From Selaginella moellendorffii (lineage: Eukaryota > Plantae > Lycopodiophyta): a stretch of 64,000 bases of DNA. Within the stretch, counting starts at the first letter, position 1. Each line of letters opens with the position of its first letter. The notes below the pieces were generated by a model. That model saw only the letters and a list, made by a program, of their open reading frames with translations, was not told the DNA's origin and searched no databases. The stretch is taken from contig NW_003314275.1 of assembly GCF_000143415.4 (NCBI RefSeq), positions 496,001 through 560,000 on the forward strand. Direction: 5' to 3'. The translations under genes were made by a program, and so were the position numbers. Shown piece after piece: positions 37,501 to 48,258 of the stretch.

Positions 37501-39472
37501 GTTCTCATGCAAGAGGGACAGCCTATTGCATATGAGAGTCGAACTTTGAATTCCGCAGAGCAACGCTATTCCACATATGAGCAAGAGTTACTCTTTATTG
37601 TTCATGCTTTGCGGACATGGCGGCACTATCTTTATGGTGCAGTGTTCGTGGTGTTGATAGATCACAAACCACTTGTGTATCTTTTCACACAGAAGGAGTT
37701 GAACATTAGGCAAGCTCATTGGATGGTCAAACTCATGGAGTTTGGGGAGTTTCCTATTGAGCATCGTTCGGGAAAATCAAATGTGGTGGCGGATGCTTTA
37801 TCTCGTGTTTGTCATGTGACGACGTTACGAACACGATTTTGTCATCATTTGAGTAAGGTGGTCAGCAAGTTTGGGCAGTTGGTTGAGCATGCTCAGGCTC
37901 AGGATGCTGAGGTGGCCTCTTTGCGAGCCCAGATGGAAGCCCCTTTCTCATTAGTGGATGGGATTCTCTACTACAATGGCCGTGTATATTTGCCACAGGT
38001 GGATGCGTTAATTACTCAAGTTTTATTCCACTATCATGATCGTCTAGATGCCGGTCATTTTGGGGGGAAGAAGACGTATAAGTTGATTAAGCACAACTTT
38101 TATTGGAGGAATATGAAGGCTGATATCCTCAAGTATTGTAAATCATGCGAGCTTTGTCAACGGGTTAAGGTGCCACGGGAGAAGCCAGGGGGACTTTTGC
38201 AACCTTTACCTATTCCTTAGAGCCGTTGGTGTAGTATCTTTATGGACTTCATCACTTGTTTGCCACGAACACAGAGGCAAAAGGAGCAAGTATGGGTTAT
38301 AGTTGATTGGTTGACGAAGTATGTTCGGTTGTTGGCTCTTCGGAAGACTATCACTGCCTCAAACTTGGGTGCGGTTTACTTGGAGAAGGTTTTTCCTGAT
38401 TTTGGTTTGCCAGAGGACATCATTAGTGATCGAGACTCAAAGTTCACCAGTGGATTTTGGAAAAGCTTTGCAAAGGCTATGCAAGTGACTTTTAAACTCT
38501 CGAGTGGAGATCATCCTCAGACGGATGGGCAAACTAAGTGTGTGAATCAGGTGGTGGAGGATATGCTACGTTGTAGCATTGGTCAAAGGCAAGGATAGTG
38601 GGATTTATATCTTCCGTTGGTGCAATTTGCTTACAACAATAGCCAACACAGTGGAACCAAGCTAAGTCCTTACTTTGCCATGTTTGGAAGGCATCCTCGA
38701 ACAGCGGTGGAGTTGGGATTGCATTTGAGTAAGGGCGTTCAAGATAAGCTTGATTCCGAGGCAATTGATCTGGCCACAGAACTTGATGAGATTCTGGTGG
38801 TGTGCAAACAGAATTTGCAAGCAGCTCAGGACAGAGCGGAGAAGTTTGCCAATGAGCATCGCCAATTTTGGGAATATAAGGTGGGTGATCTCGTCTTTGT
38901 GCGAGTGATCTTTCTGTCAAGTGAGCGACGGAACACCTTGGTGCCTTTACGGACAGGGAAGAGTGATAAACTCTCCCATCGATATGCTGGTCCATATGAA
39001 GTGTTGGAGCGCATTGGTAAAGTGGCTTATCGAGTGCGGCTGCCAGCTGGGGTGAAAATTCATCCGGTATTTTATGTCAGCCAGTTGAAAGGTGTACTAT
39101 CTTGGAGTGACGGGCCCAATGCCTCCTTGATGTATACGGCTGTAGAAGATGGACCAGGAGCTTGAGCAGGATTCCCTAGAAAGGGTGATCACTGGTACAA
39201 CTCGTCCTTGGGACAAGGACTTTGTTGGGGGGGAAGAATTGTTAGGTGCTAGCTTTGACTACGTGGTCAACATCGGTCAAAGGGAGGCTCAAGGGTATAT
39301 TAAGGCATGTTAGGGTAAAGGACTTAACCTACCCTAGGGCTCACAGTGGAGCGGCAGCGCAGTGGAGCTTTTGAGGTAGTTCGGGGGTGGTTGGGTGGTG
39401 AGGAACCTCAAGAGGTGGCGTAGCATAGTCTAGGGCAACTAGATATTTGTCTTTTTGCGCCGGATCATAACA
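34576..39472 (+). mobile_element. Ty3/gypsy element B2 (same family as B1, 4897 bp) inserted in the Tat 5' LTR
   Basis: 233-bp LTRs at 34576-34808 and 39240-39472; TSD TTCCC; PBS-iMet at 34810; PPT; gag-pol 34832-39165 with several stops and one frameshift. Confidence 0.97.
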
Positions 39473-39485
39473 TTCCCCCAACAAA

Positions 39486-39502
39486 TGGTGAACCCGGCGT
39501 GA
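39486..39502 (+). promoter_or_regulatory. PBS of the Tat element, tRNA-Trp-like
   Basis: TGGTGAACCCGGCGTGA, 2 nt after the LTR end; one mismatch to the complement of the plant tRNA-Trp 3' end as recalled (TGGTGAACCCGACGTGA). Confidence 0.75.
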
Positions 39503-40366
39503 TGCGTAGCACTTTTTGGAAGCATCATTTCTCTCTTTTCTTTAGGCCACAGACTTTGGGAAGGAATTCCTTGTTCGTCTTGTGGTGGTTTTCTTTGATC
39601 TTGGGCGTGTTGGATAGGTCTGGAGCTCCTTTTTCTAGCAAGATATGGCGCTCATCAAGCCGTGCAATATTTGAAGAGATACAACTTTTCTTCGCTCGGT
39701 TGGATGAGCATTTTGGGGTTTTCACTTTCTCGCCTGGATCCTTGGCCGAATTTCTCAAGGTAGTGCATTTGAGCTTGTAGATCTGGCCTAGATCTATGAG
39801 TAGTGGTGGTTCTTGGCACTAGATTTGGGCGAATTGACAGCATGCAAAAGGATTTTCTTCTCCAGCTAGATTGGGTCATCTTTGTGGTAGGAATTCATGC
39901 TCCTCTGGGCTTGGTTTTGGATGCCGTTTGTTTTTAGAGGGGCTCTTGGTCTTAGGCTTTCCAGAAATACCAACGGCACCTTAGTATTGATCTACACCAG
40001 TGACATGCACATGTTTTTCCACAATGTTGACATTTTGGGCTACCTCTTCGTGGATTTCGAGGAATATTTAGGTGGCTTCTTCCCAAATTCTTGCGATAGA
40101 AGGTAGACAGGGCTGAGATCTTTCCAACAAGCCCACCAATAGTCAACATGGGGAAGGATCAAGACTGAAGGACTCATTTTTCTCTTTTGGGTTAAACTTT
40201 GTTGGGGTTTCTTTGGGAACGAAGCAATCTTCAAGGAACAGGTAGCTATAGGAACAGGAACAGGAAGAGCAAGAACAAGAGTTGGAGTAGGAACAAGGAC
40301 AATAGGAGCAGGTGCTGGATAGGAGTTGGTGTTGGAGGAGGCGCAAGGGTAGGAGCGAGAGCAGAG

Positions 40367-40575
40367 GTTACCAGTTATAGGTTACAGGTCTCTAGTTACT
40401 GGTTACTGATTACCGGTTACCGGCTACTCCAGCAGCTGCTCCAGTGGCTACTCCAGCAGTTACTCCAATGGCTACTCTGGTGGCTACTCCAGCAGCTGCT
40501 CCAGCGGCTACTCTAGCGGCTGCTCTAGCAACTACTCCAGCAGCTACTCTAGCGGCTATTTCGGCGGTTACCCTA
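40367..40575. repeat. GGTTAC(A/T)-type heptamer repeats followed by 12-bp GCTACTCCAGCA tandem repeats in the Tat 5' leader
   Basis: Directly visible. Confidence 0.85.
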
Positions 40576-43500
40576 CGGGTCAATGGTTACGTGTTCTTGA
40601 GGCCTACATCTACTTCCCTTTTGGCCCTTATTTCTCTTCATCATAGGCATTTTGGACAACTTTGAGCAGCTTGGGCATAAGTCTGCAGTCTTCTTGCTCC
40701 TGTCCACCCAGTTGCCTTGACCAGGCATTTGCAGTGTTTAGGGTATTTGATGCCGATACAAACTAGATGTATGACAAACTGGCACCCTTTTACCATACCT
40801 CGAGCCCCTAAGGTATGATGTAAACTTTTTAACATCCAAAGGTAGCTTAGGTACGACATTGACCTTCTCGGGCCGAGTCCTCTTCATCCTCGGCAGATTC
40901 CAGTGACTTAAATCTACGAGCTATGGCATAGCCACCCTTAGCTTGACTTCAGCTCCATGTTTTGCAAAAGGCGAGTGATCTACTGACCTTCTCAGGTGTT
41001 GGAACAGTCTCTCCAACATCGCATATCAGTCGCTTTGATTACTACTGCACCACAAACATGATCATCGATGATGATTGTATGTGCCGCGACTTTTTACAGT
41101 CTCTTGAAGGCAAAGCAGCAACTTGGGCAAATTCTCTCCTCTTAGAGGACCGGAAAGACTTCCAGACACTACTTGCTTCTTTCAGAGAACGCTTCGTTCA
41201 GGAAAAACCCACAAATCAGCTACTTGTCGACCTCTTTTCGTTCTGGCAGGGTGCTCACGAGTTTGTTCCTGACTACATCACCCAGTTTTTAGCATATTGG
41301 AAGTAGTGTTGGGATCATAGAGTAGTCCAAGATGAGCAACAGGGGATCACTGCATTCACAGCAGGTTTGCGTAGGAACTTGCAGCAGAAACTTCTTAAAA
41401 AGACATTTAGGTCTTGCCGTGAGGCATTTTTGTTTGCCACGAAGCTGGAAAGAGAGCTTCTGGTCGACCTGGGGATTGCTAGAGTTGATTTCAACCAAGC
41501 CATCATCCCATGAGAGTCACCTTGTGCAATTGTTCGCCCGTCCACACCAAAGCCCGTCCCTATTGAGCATACACCTCCAGCTCTTGAGAACTTTGCCAAT
41601 GAGATGTGGCAGCTAAAGGAGATCATTCTTCAGCAGCAATCACACCATGACAAATTGCTCCAGGAGCTAGTGGAGTCCAGGAAAGAGGCCGCTACAGTTC
41701 AGAAACATAGATTTAAGTCCTGTTGGTGCACTCACTGCGAGACAAACACACACAACACGCAGTGCTGCTTCAAGCTTCACCCAGAGCTTCGGCCTCCATC
41801 TTCTCAATGTGTCCAACAACATCCCTTCGTTGATAATTCCACATCGTCTCAAGGTCTAAAGACATATCAAGAGCAGTTGGAGCGACAAGCAATTGAAGTA
41901 GCCCCTTTGTCAAGTAAAGGCAAGGCACCAGCCTCATCGGTCAACACAATTTTGGTAGCCGAGGAACTCTATAGGCAACAGTAGCAAACTGCAGCCACTT
42001 AAGCCCAAGCAAAGAAGAAGGTAGCCGCTCAACTTGCCATAGATCCCCCAACGCCAGTTGAGAGCGAATCTCCGTTGGCACCAAATCCAATGATACAGAG
42101 GGTGGCTTGTAAGCTCCCCTTCAAGTCACTCTCTTCTCCTCTGAAGATCTCACCAACAGCTATTCCTGTTTTGGAGCTAGTTCTTCAACAGCTGGTTGAC
42201 ACTCCTATCACTTTTTCACTCCGAGACATGTTGTGTCTTGTCCCGGGTTTCGGCTAGTGTTTAGAAGAGTTTGCACAGTCAGGAACACCAAAGAGCACTC
42301 TCAAGAGGACTCCTCAAGAGGTAAACATTGTCAACATGACAAGATATGGTGGAGACCCTGGTCCATTCTTCGTCCCAGTGCAGATTGGTACTTCCTTTTG
42401 TAGGGTGGATGCTTTGGTGGACTCTGGTTCTGGAAGCAACATTATCTCTCTCAAAACTACCCTTTCAACACAGCTACAAATCACTGAGAGCTCCTCCATC
42501 ATGCTCAAGACCTTTGCCAACCACACTATTCCTCCAGCAGGCATTTGCTGTGGTGTCAAGGTCTCTGTGTAGGGTGTTATTTCTGAGGTGGATTTCCTCG
42601 TGGTTGACTACCAATGTGTTGGAACGTCCTCTTTGAAGGACTCTATCATCCTTGGCTGCTCATGGCAAGTCGCAGCTCATTGCACCATTGACAGCGCAAA
42701 AGGCAAGATGGAAATTAGCGATGGAACCCACAGCGCCACCTTTATCAACAACCATGGTAGGGCTCTTTCTCAGCAAGCCCAGCAGGCTTAGAATAAGATG
42801 GCCTCTACACTATACTTTCCTCCTGAGCTCACAGAGGTTTTTCCTAAGTTGGCGGTCGAGTCGACCATCTATATGACGGATGCTTTCTCATGCAATGCGG
42901 TTGACATGGTTGGAGGTGAGTCAGGTAGCCCGAGACATCTCTTAGCTTCCCTCTCTTTATTTGAGAGTAAGGCCAAGCCTCTAGACAGGACCTCTTTATT
43001 TGATGGTGGGGCTTATAGAGTATGGGCTCCCATATCCAACTTTTCAGAGTGTTTCTCAATAGAGGAAGGGCTCCTTGATTCGTTTCTTGCATGGGACCGA
43101 CTCTCTCTTATGGAGCTTGATGACACAGTCACTCCAAACCAGGCCCATCTTTCACAGGACACAGCTGAACTCAATTCTCCTTAGCAACTATCTGCGGTGT
43201 CACATAGCCAGCATCTTCCTACTAAAATCGTGGTAGCTGACAACTCCGAGTGTATTTTGTCATGCCATTTTTTGGAGACGGAGGATGACATCCAGAAACA
43301 CAATTGGGAGAAAGAATCAAGCCAATCAGACGTGCTGCATGCGAGTTATCACTTTTTGAGTTCAAAATTTCCTATTGTGGAGCTCCCGGTCCAGATCCAA
43401 GTGTATTACACCGAAACTTCAGCATCAGACTTGGACTCGACTTTAGTGGAGGATCTTCCTTCACTTGCAGAGTACTTGGCTACAGTCCTTGCATTGGACA

Positions 43501-43649
43501 TCCAGTACTCAAAGCATCAGAAGCAAAGGGAACAACAGACAAAGACTCCGGATCCAACAGCAGAGTTCTTGCCTGACTTGCCAGAGACAGTCTTGCCGGA
43601 TGTGGTGTCCCCAGCATCTTTATTTGACAAAGAGGACACTCAAATGATT

Positions 43650-44039
43650 ACAGCTTAATTTGGCGGTGCTTTCTGCCCCAAAACCTAGGTTGCTTATATT
43701 GGAGTTTGGATGATTGATTCGGCAGAGAACAAAGTAGCTGACCTCTCTATCACTTTGCCAGTGACATCAACCAATGAAGCAGAGTACTTGGCAGCTATCA
43801 GTGCCATGAAGTTGGCCACAACTCTCAAGTTTAGGCGTGTCACTTTCGTTGGAGATGCGCAACTCATCATACCCCAACTTACTGGGGAATACCAAGTCCA
43901 CAAAGAGAACCTGAAAGAGCTATGGCAGCGGGCAATCAACCTGAAGGATGAGATCTCTCAGGTGACTTTTCAAAGTGTCCCTCATGAAAAAAACTTTTGG
44001 GCAGATAGGTTATCACATCAAGCAATCACCATGATGTGA
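43650..44039 (+). pseudogene. Archaeal-type/cellular-like RNase H domain (aRH) of the Tat element
   Basis: TSTNEAEYLAAISAMKLA..VTFVGDAQLIIPQLTGEYQV..VPHEKNFWADRLS, the typical RNase HI/aRH motifs. Confidence 0.85.
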
Positions 44040-45039
44040 AAGGCAAAAGGCACTCCTTGCTCTTTTGTTTCCAAGGTCAGGGAGGAATCAAAGATAGATG
44101 AGCCCCCTAAGCTCAAGGTTTCTCCAGACTCCAGGGTTCATGCTGTTTTCCTGGGTGATGACAAGGACTTAGTCTTTATCGCCACATTGCTTGCTCCAAC
44201 AAATGCAGCTAAGCTCTTGGATCTCCTTCACTGTTTCAAGGATGTGTTTGCTTGGGACTACAACCAGCTTCCAGGAGTTCCCATGGACACAATCATGCAC
44301 AGTATTGTGCTTTCAAAGTCAGCCAAACCAGTCCATCAAAAGATGCGGCATTTCAGCCCAGCAGCTCACTCAGAGATGAAGTTGGAGATCGAGCGACTTC
44401 TGGCAGCCGGCTTTATTTACCCTTTGGAGAGCTCAAAGTGGGTGGCCAATCTCGTTCTTGCATGCAAGGCAAATGGAAAACTCTACCTTTGCGTTGACTT
44501 TCGAGACTTGAACAAGGCAACTGCGAAGGATCACTTTCCAACTCCATTTATCGATGCGATTGTGGATGAGATGGCTGGACACTGGTACTACTCTTTCATG
44601 GATGGCTTTTCAGGGTACAACCAGATCTTCATTCATCCAGATCATCGAGATCTTACAGCCTTTCGGACACCATGGGGCATCTTTGCTTTCAACGTCCTCT
44701 CGTTTGGCTTGTGTAATGCCAGAGCTACTTTTGAGTGCTTTATGACCCACGCTTTTCACGACTTGATTGGAGGCACCTTGAGGGTGTATATGGATGATCT
44801 ATGCAAGACCTTTGACTCCTTTGAAGATCACCTTGTGCACTTAGAATAGATCTTCACTTGCTGCCGACAACACAGGTTTGCCTCCCATTCATTCAAGGAA
44901 ACTGAGAAGAAGTACGTGGATGCAGAAAAAGAAGCAGTAGCTGTTGTTTACACCTTAGAACGATTTTGTCACTTTCTTGCTGGAGCCCGTATCCATTTCC
45001 ACATCTATTTTAATGTGCTGACATTTCTTTTATAGCGAT

Positions 45040-46535
45040 TAGTTCAAAATCCTCGTACTTTATCTTGGATTGTGACTATCCAAGAGTTCCAGCAAACTTT
45101 CCACATGTGGCAGAAGCGTGTGATGGATCCGAGTGAGTTCCTAGTTGTTGAAGCTACTTCCTTTGTGGTCCCTGCAGCATTACAAGACATTGCAGTGTAC
45201 CTGGATTCAGGTCAATTCCTAGCAGATTCTTCACTAGTGCAACAAAACGCATTGGAGATCCAAGCACGGGGGTTTTGCCTTATCGACAGACACCTTTATA
45301 GGAGAAGTTCTCAAGAAGTTTTGTTGCGGTGTGTGAGGGAACATGAGGTCCCTGTGCTCCTTCGTGCTTTCCACTCTTGTGCAGGGCATTTCTCGGGATG
45401 GGTCACAACACAGCTCCTCTTGCGTCATGGCTACTTTTGGCCTCAAATTCACCAGGACAGCTTGGCCTATACAAAGGCATGTGAGCAGTGCCAACGGTTC
45501 AACCCCTGGAGCCATGTTCCACGTCTTTCTTTCCAGCTCATCACTTCTCCGGGTCCCTTTTTCCAGTGGGGACTTGACTTCGTCGACCCGATCAACCCAC
45601 CGAGCTCAAAAGGATAACGATACATCATCGTGGTGACGGACTATTTTATGAAAGGGGTTGAGGCCACCCCTTTGCAACAAGCAGATCAACAGTCTATAGC
45701 AAAGTTTTTCTACAAGTACATTATTTGTCGATTCGGAGTTCTTGCCGTTTTGATTTCTTATCATGGCAGCAGCTTCCTTGGACAGGTGATGCCGGTTCAC
45801 AGTCCTTGTACTTTATGTTGGATTGTGACCATCCAAGAGTTCCAACCAACTTTTCACATGCTGCAGAAGCGTGTGATGGATTCGAGCGAGTTCCTGGTTG
45901 CTGAAGCTACTTCCTTCGTGGTCCCAGCAGCATTACAGAACATTGCAATGTACCTAGATTCAGGTCAGTTCCCAGCAGATTCCTCACCAGTACAACAAAA
46001 GGCAGTGGAGATCCGAGCACGGGGGTTTTGCCTTCTCAACAGACACCTTTACAGGAGGACTTCTCAGGAGGTTTTGTTGCGGTGTGTGGGGGAACATGAG
46101 GTCCCTGAGCTCCTTTGTGCTTTCCACTCTTGTGCAGGGCATTTCTCGGGACGGGTCACAACACAGCTTCTCTTGCATCATGGCTACTTTTGGCCTCGGA
46201 TTCACTAGGACAGCTTGGCCTATGCAAAGGCATGAGAGTAGTGCCAACGGTTCAACCCCCAGAGCCATGTTCCACGTCTTTCTTTCCAGCTCATCACTTC
46301 TCCGGGTCCCTTTTTCCAATGGGGACTTGACTTTGTTGGCCCGATCAACCCACCGAGCTCAAAAGGACAGCGATACATCATCGTGGCGACGGACTATTTC
46401 ACAAAATGGTTGAGGCCACCCCTCTGCGACAGGCAGATCAATAGTCTATAACAAAGTTTGTCTACGAGTACATCATTTGCTGATTTGGAGTTCCTACTAT
46501 TTTGGTTTCCTATTGTGGCAGTGGCTTCCTTGGAC
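45040..46535 (+). repeat. Tandem duplication (~753-bp period) of the RH-INT region in the Tat element
   Basis: 45072 gtgactatccaagag aligns with 45825 gtgaccatccaagag, and the alignment continues through both copies. Confidence 0.9.
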
Positions 46536-48190
46536 TGCAGGTCAAGTTATGTGAAGAGCAACAGCTATTATCTTGAGTCAATGGCCAGGCAGAGTCCAAC
46601 AACAAGATAAGACAGTCATCTCAAAGCTTGTGGAGGATCACCCAAGGCGTTGGCACGAGCACTTGGTTACGGTGTTATGGGCCTTTTGGACGTCCTTCAA
46701 GACATCCATCTTAGCAACCACATTCTCCCTTGTCTATGGGACAGAGGCCGTACTTCCAGTGGAGATCCAAGTGCCATCCCTTTCACTTTCACTTTGATAT
46801 GCAGCAGTGATGCAGCTTAGCGATGAGGACAAGCTTCATACACGTGACTTGGAGGTTTTTGCCTTAAAAGAACAGCGATGATCCACGATTGAACATCTCC
46901 TTCAAGGCAAGCAGAAGATCAAGTCCTTCATTAATCACCAACAGTCTACCAAACCATTCGGGGATGGCGATCTTGTTCTACTCAAGGAGCTCCCCTCGCT
47001 GGACTAGCCCCTACTTTGTCTAACGACACATTGGAGATGAAGCATATGTGCTAGTTGATTTTGATGGATGTGAGCTCCCACCTCAAACGCTTCATCTAGT
47101 GAGGCGTTCCTCTTCTCTTCTTTCTGTTTTTCTTTTTCTTCCTTTCTTTCACTTTACTTTCATGGCTACTTTTCTTACTTTCAAAGGGTGTTTTTCCATT
47201 GGACCGTGGCCTATACCTTGGATTTCACGCTCAGGCTGCATTGTCGTTTGTATGGAGGTTCCTCACTTGGCTCGGTCTATGTTCCAGGTTCTTTGGCCCT
47301 TCCCTTACCATTACTACACCTACACATTCCCCTCACTCATTCCATATCATCTACCTTGTATAAACCCCTTGTCCCACAAGGGCAAGGGGGAGCATTTTTG
47401 CGAAGAGCAGTGAAGCATTTCTCGTGTTTAAGCGAGCGTTGGGGGAGGTGCCCCTTCTTCCCCCAACACCAGGATATGACAACTTTATAGACATCATCCC
47501 AAATGTGATTGACTCAGACGTTCTTCACCCAGCGTTCCTTAGTTATCGACATCATTCAGTCACAGCCATGCAGATCTTGTTAGAGTTATTCTATCTGCCA
47601 AAGGGGATTGTGCTTGATGCTACAACAGGATTTGGGTCAATGGTGCAAGCAGCAAAAGAGACAGGCCAAGCTGTTTTTGCACTTGAGAAGGAGGGTGCCT
47701 TTGAGGACATTCTTAGGAGATTTTGCAACAAGTGATATTAGTGCTTGAAATAATCTATAATATTTATTCTCAAATATTTCTATGTCATTAGGTCTACATT
47801 TATCACACACAGTGTTTTAGTCCACACGCTTGATCTTGATGATATGGATGATCATATGGACCGAAGTCAATTCCACTTACCTATTTATGCTGAACATATG
47901 GCACAACATTACATACAACACAAGCCTATAGTGAAGGAGCATTCCGCTATACCCATTTTTGCTTTTCTGGATATGGAAGCAGAAGAAGATTGAATATATT
48001 TGGATTTTAATATAAATTATGTTGTTTAATATATTATTTTCTTTCTTTCTAGACTAAAAGATTAGTTCATGTCAAACTAATAATCTACATGAGCTTATGG
48101 AATACCTTAAACACCTAGATTCTATATTAAAAATTCTTGGTTCAGGATGAACTAAGGTAGTGCCATTAAACTTTTGCTAGTTAGGGGATT

Positions 48191-48258
48191 GTATTGACTT
48201 CCTTTGACTTTTATTGACTTTCATTGACTTGAGCTCAACTCAAAAACTACTCAGCCTC
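48191..48258. repeat. Putative MULE right terminus with four TTGACTT motifs at exact 10-bp spacing
   Basis: TTGACTT at 48194, 48204, 48214 and 48224. Ends ...CAGCCTC (GAGGCTG on the minus strand) immediately before gypsy pol. The partner TIR was not found. Confidence 0.55.

Larger units (their letters stand above)
34395..47468 (+). mobile_element. Tat-lineage Ty3/gypsy element with an extra RNase H between protease and RT; decayed
   Basis: 5' LTR 34395-34575 plus 39478-39483 (split by B2); 5'-truncated 3' LTR ~47357-47468; flanks CTAG/CCAG; gag ~40950, PR LVDSGS ~42415, aRH ~43650-44039, RT VYMDDL, integrase. Confidence 0.9.
31400..47993 (+). pseudogene. Multi-exon gene: ParB/Srx-like N-terminal domain plus beta-class N6A/N4C DNA methyltransferase-like C-terminal domain; interrupted by Tat/B2 (34395-47468)
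   Basis: 31601-32068: VPLCRLV..VR..FWVIDGNYKWLAF (ParB DGxHR position). 33817-34207: VLIGD..KIDFIFFDLPDG (motif IV position)..ASSFITYKGVVVMI. 47472-47731: GIVLDATTGFGSMVQAAKETGQAVFALEKE (SAM-binding motif I region). Short GT-AG introns, e.g. 32131-32177 and 47732-47791. Frame is restored across the insertion. Several stops. Confidence 0.8.
10300..48258. mobile_element. Decayed Mutator-like (MULE) DNA transposon with divergent transposase and ParB-methyltransferase genes, heavily nested; left end lost
   Basis: Native segments are ~10300-11186, 19019-21488, 31346-34394 and 47469-48258. Each nested insertion has a TSD and the reading frames rejoin across them. The right end abuts a gypsy pol mid-gene. 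Confidence 0.7.
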
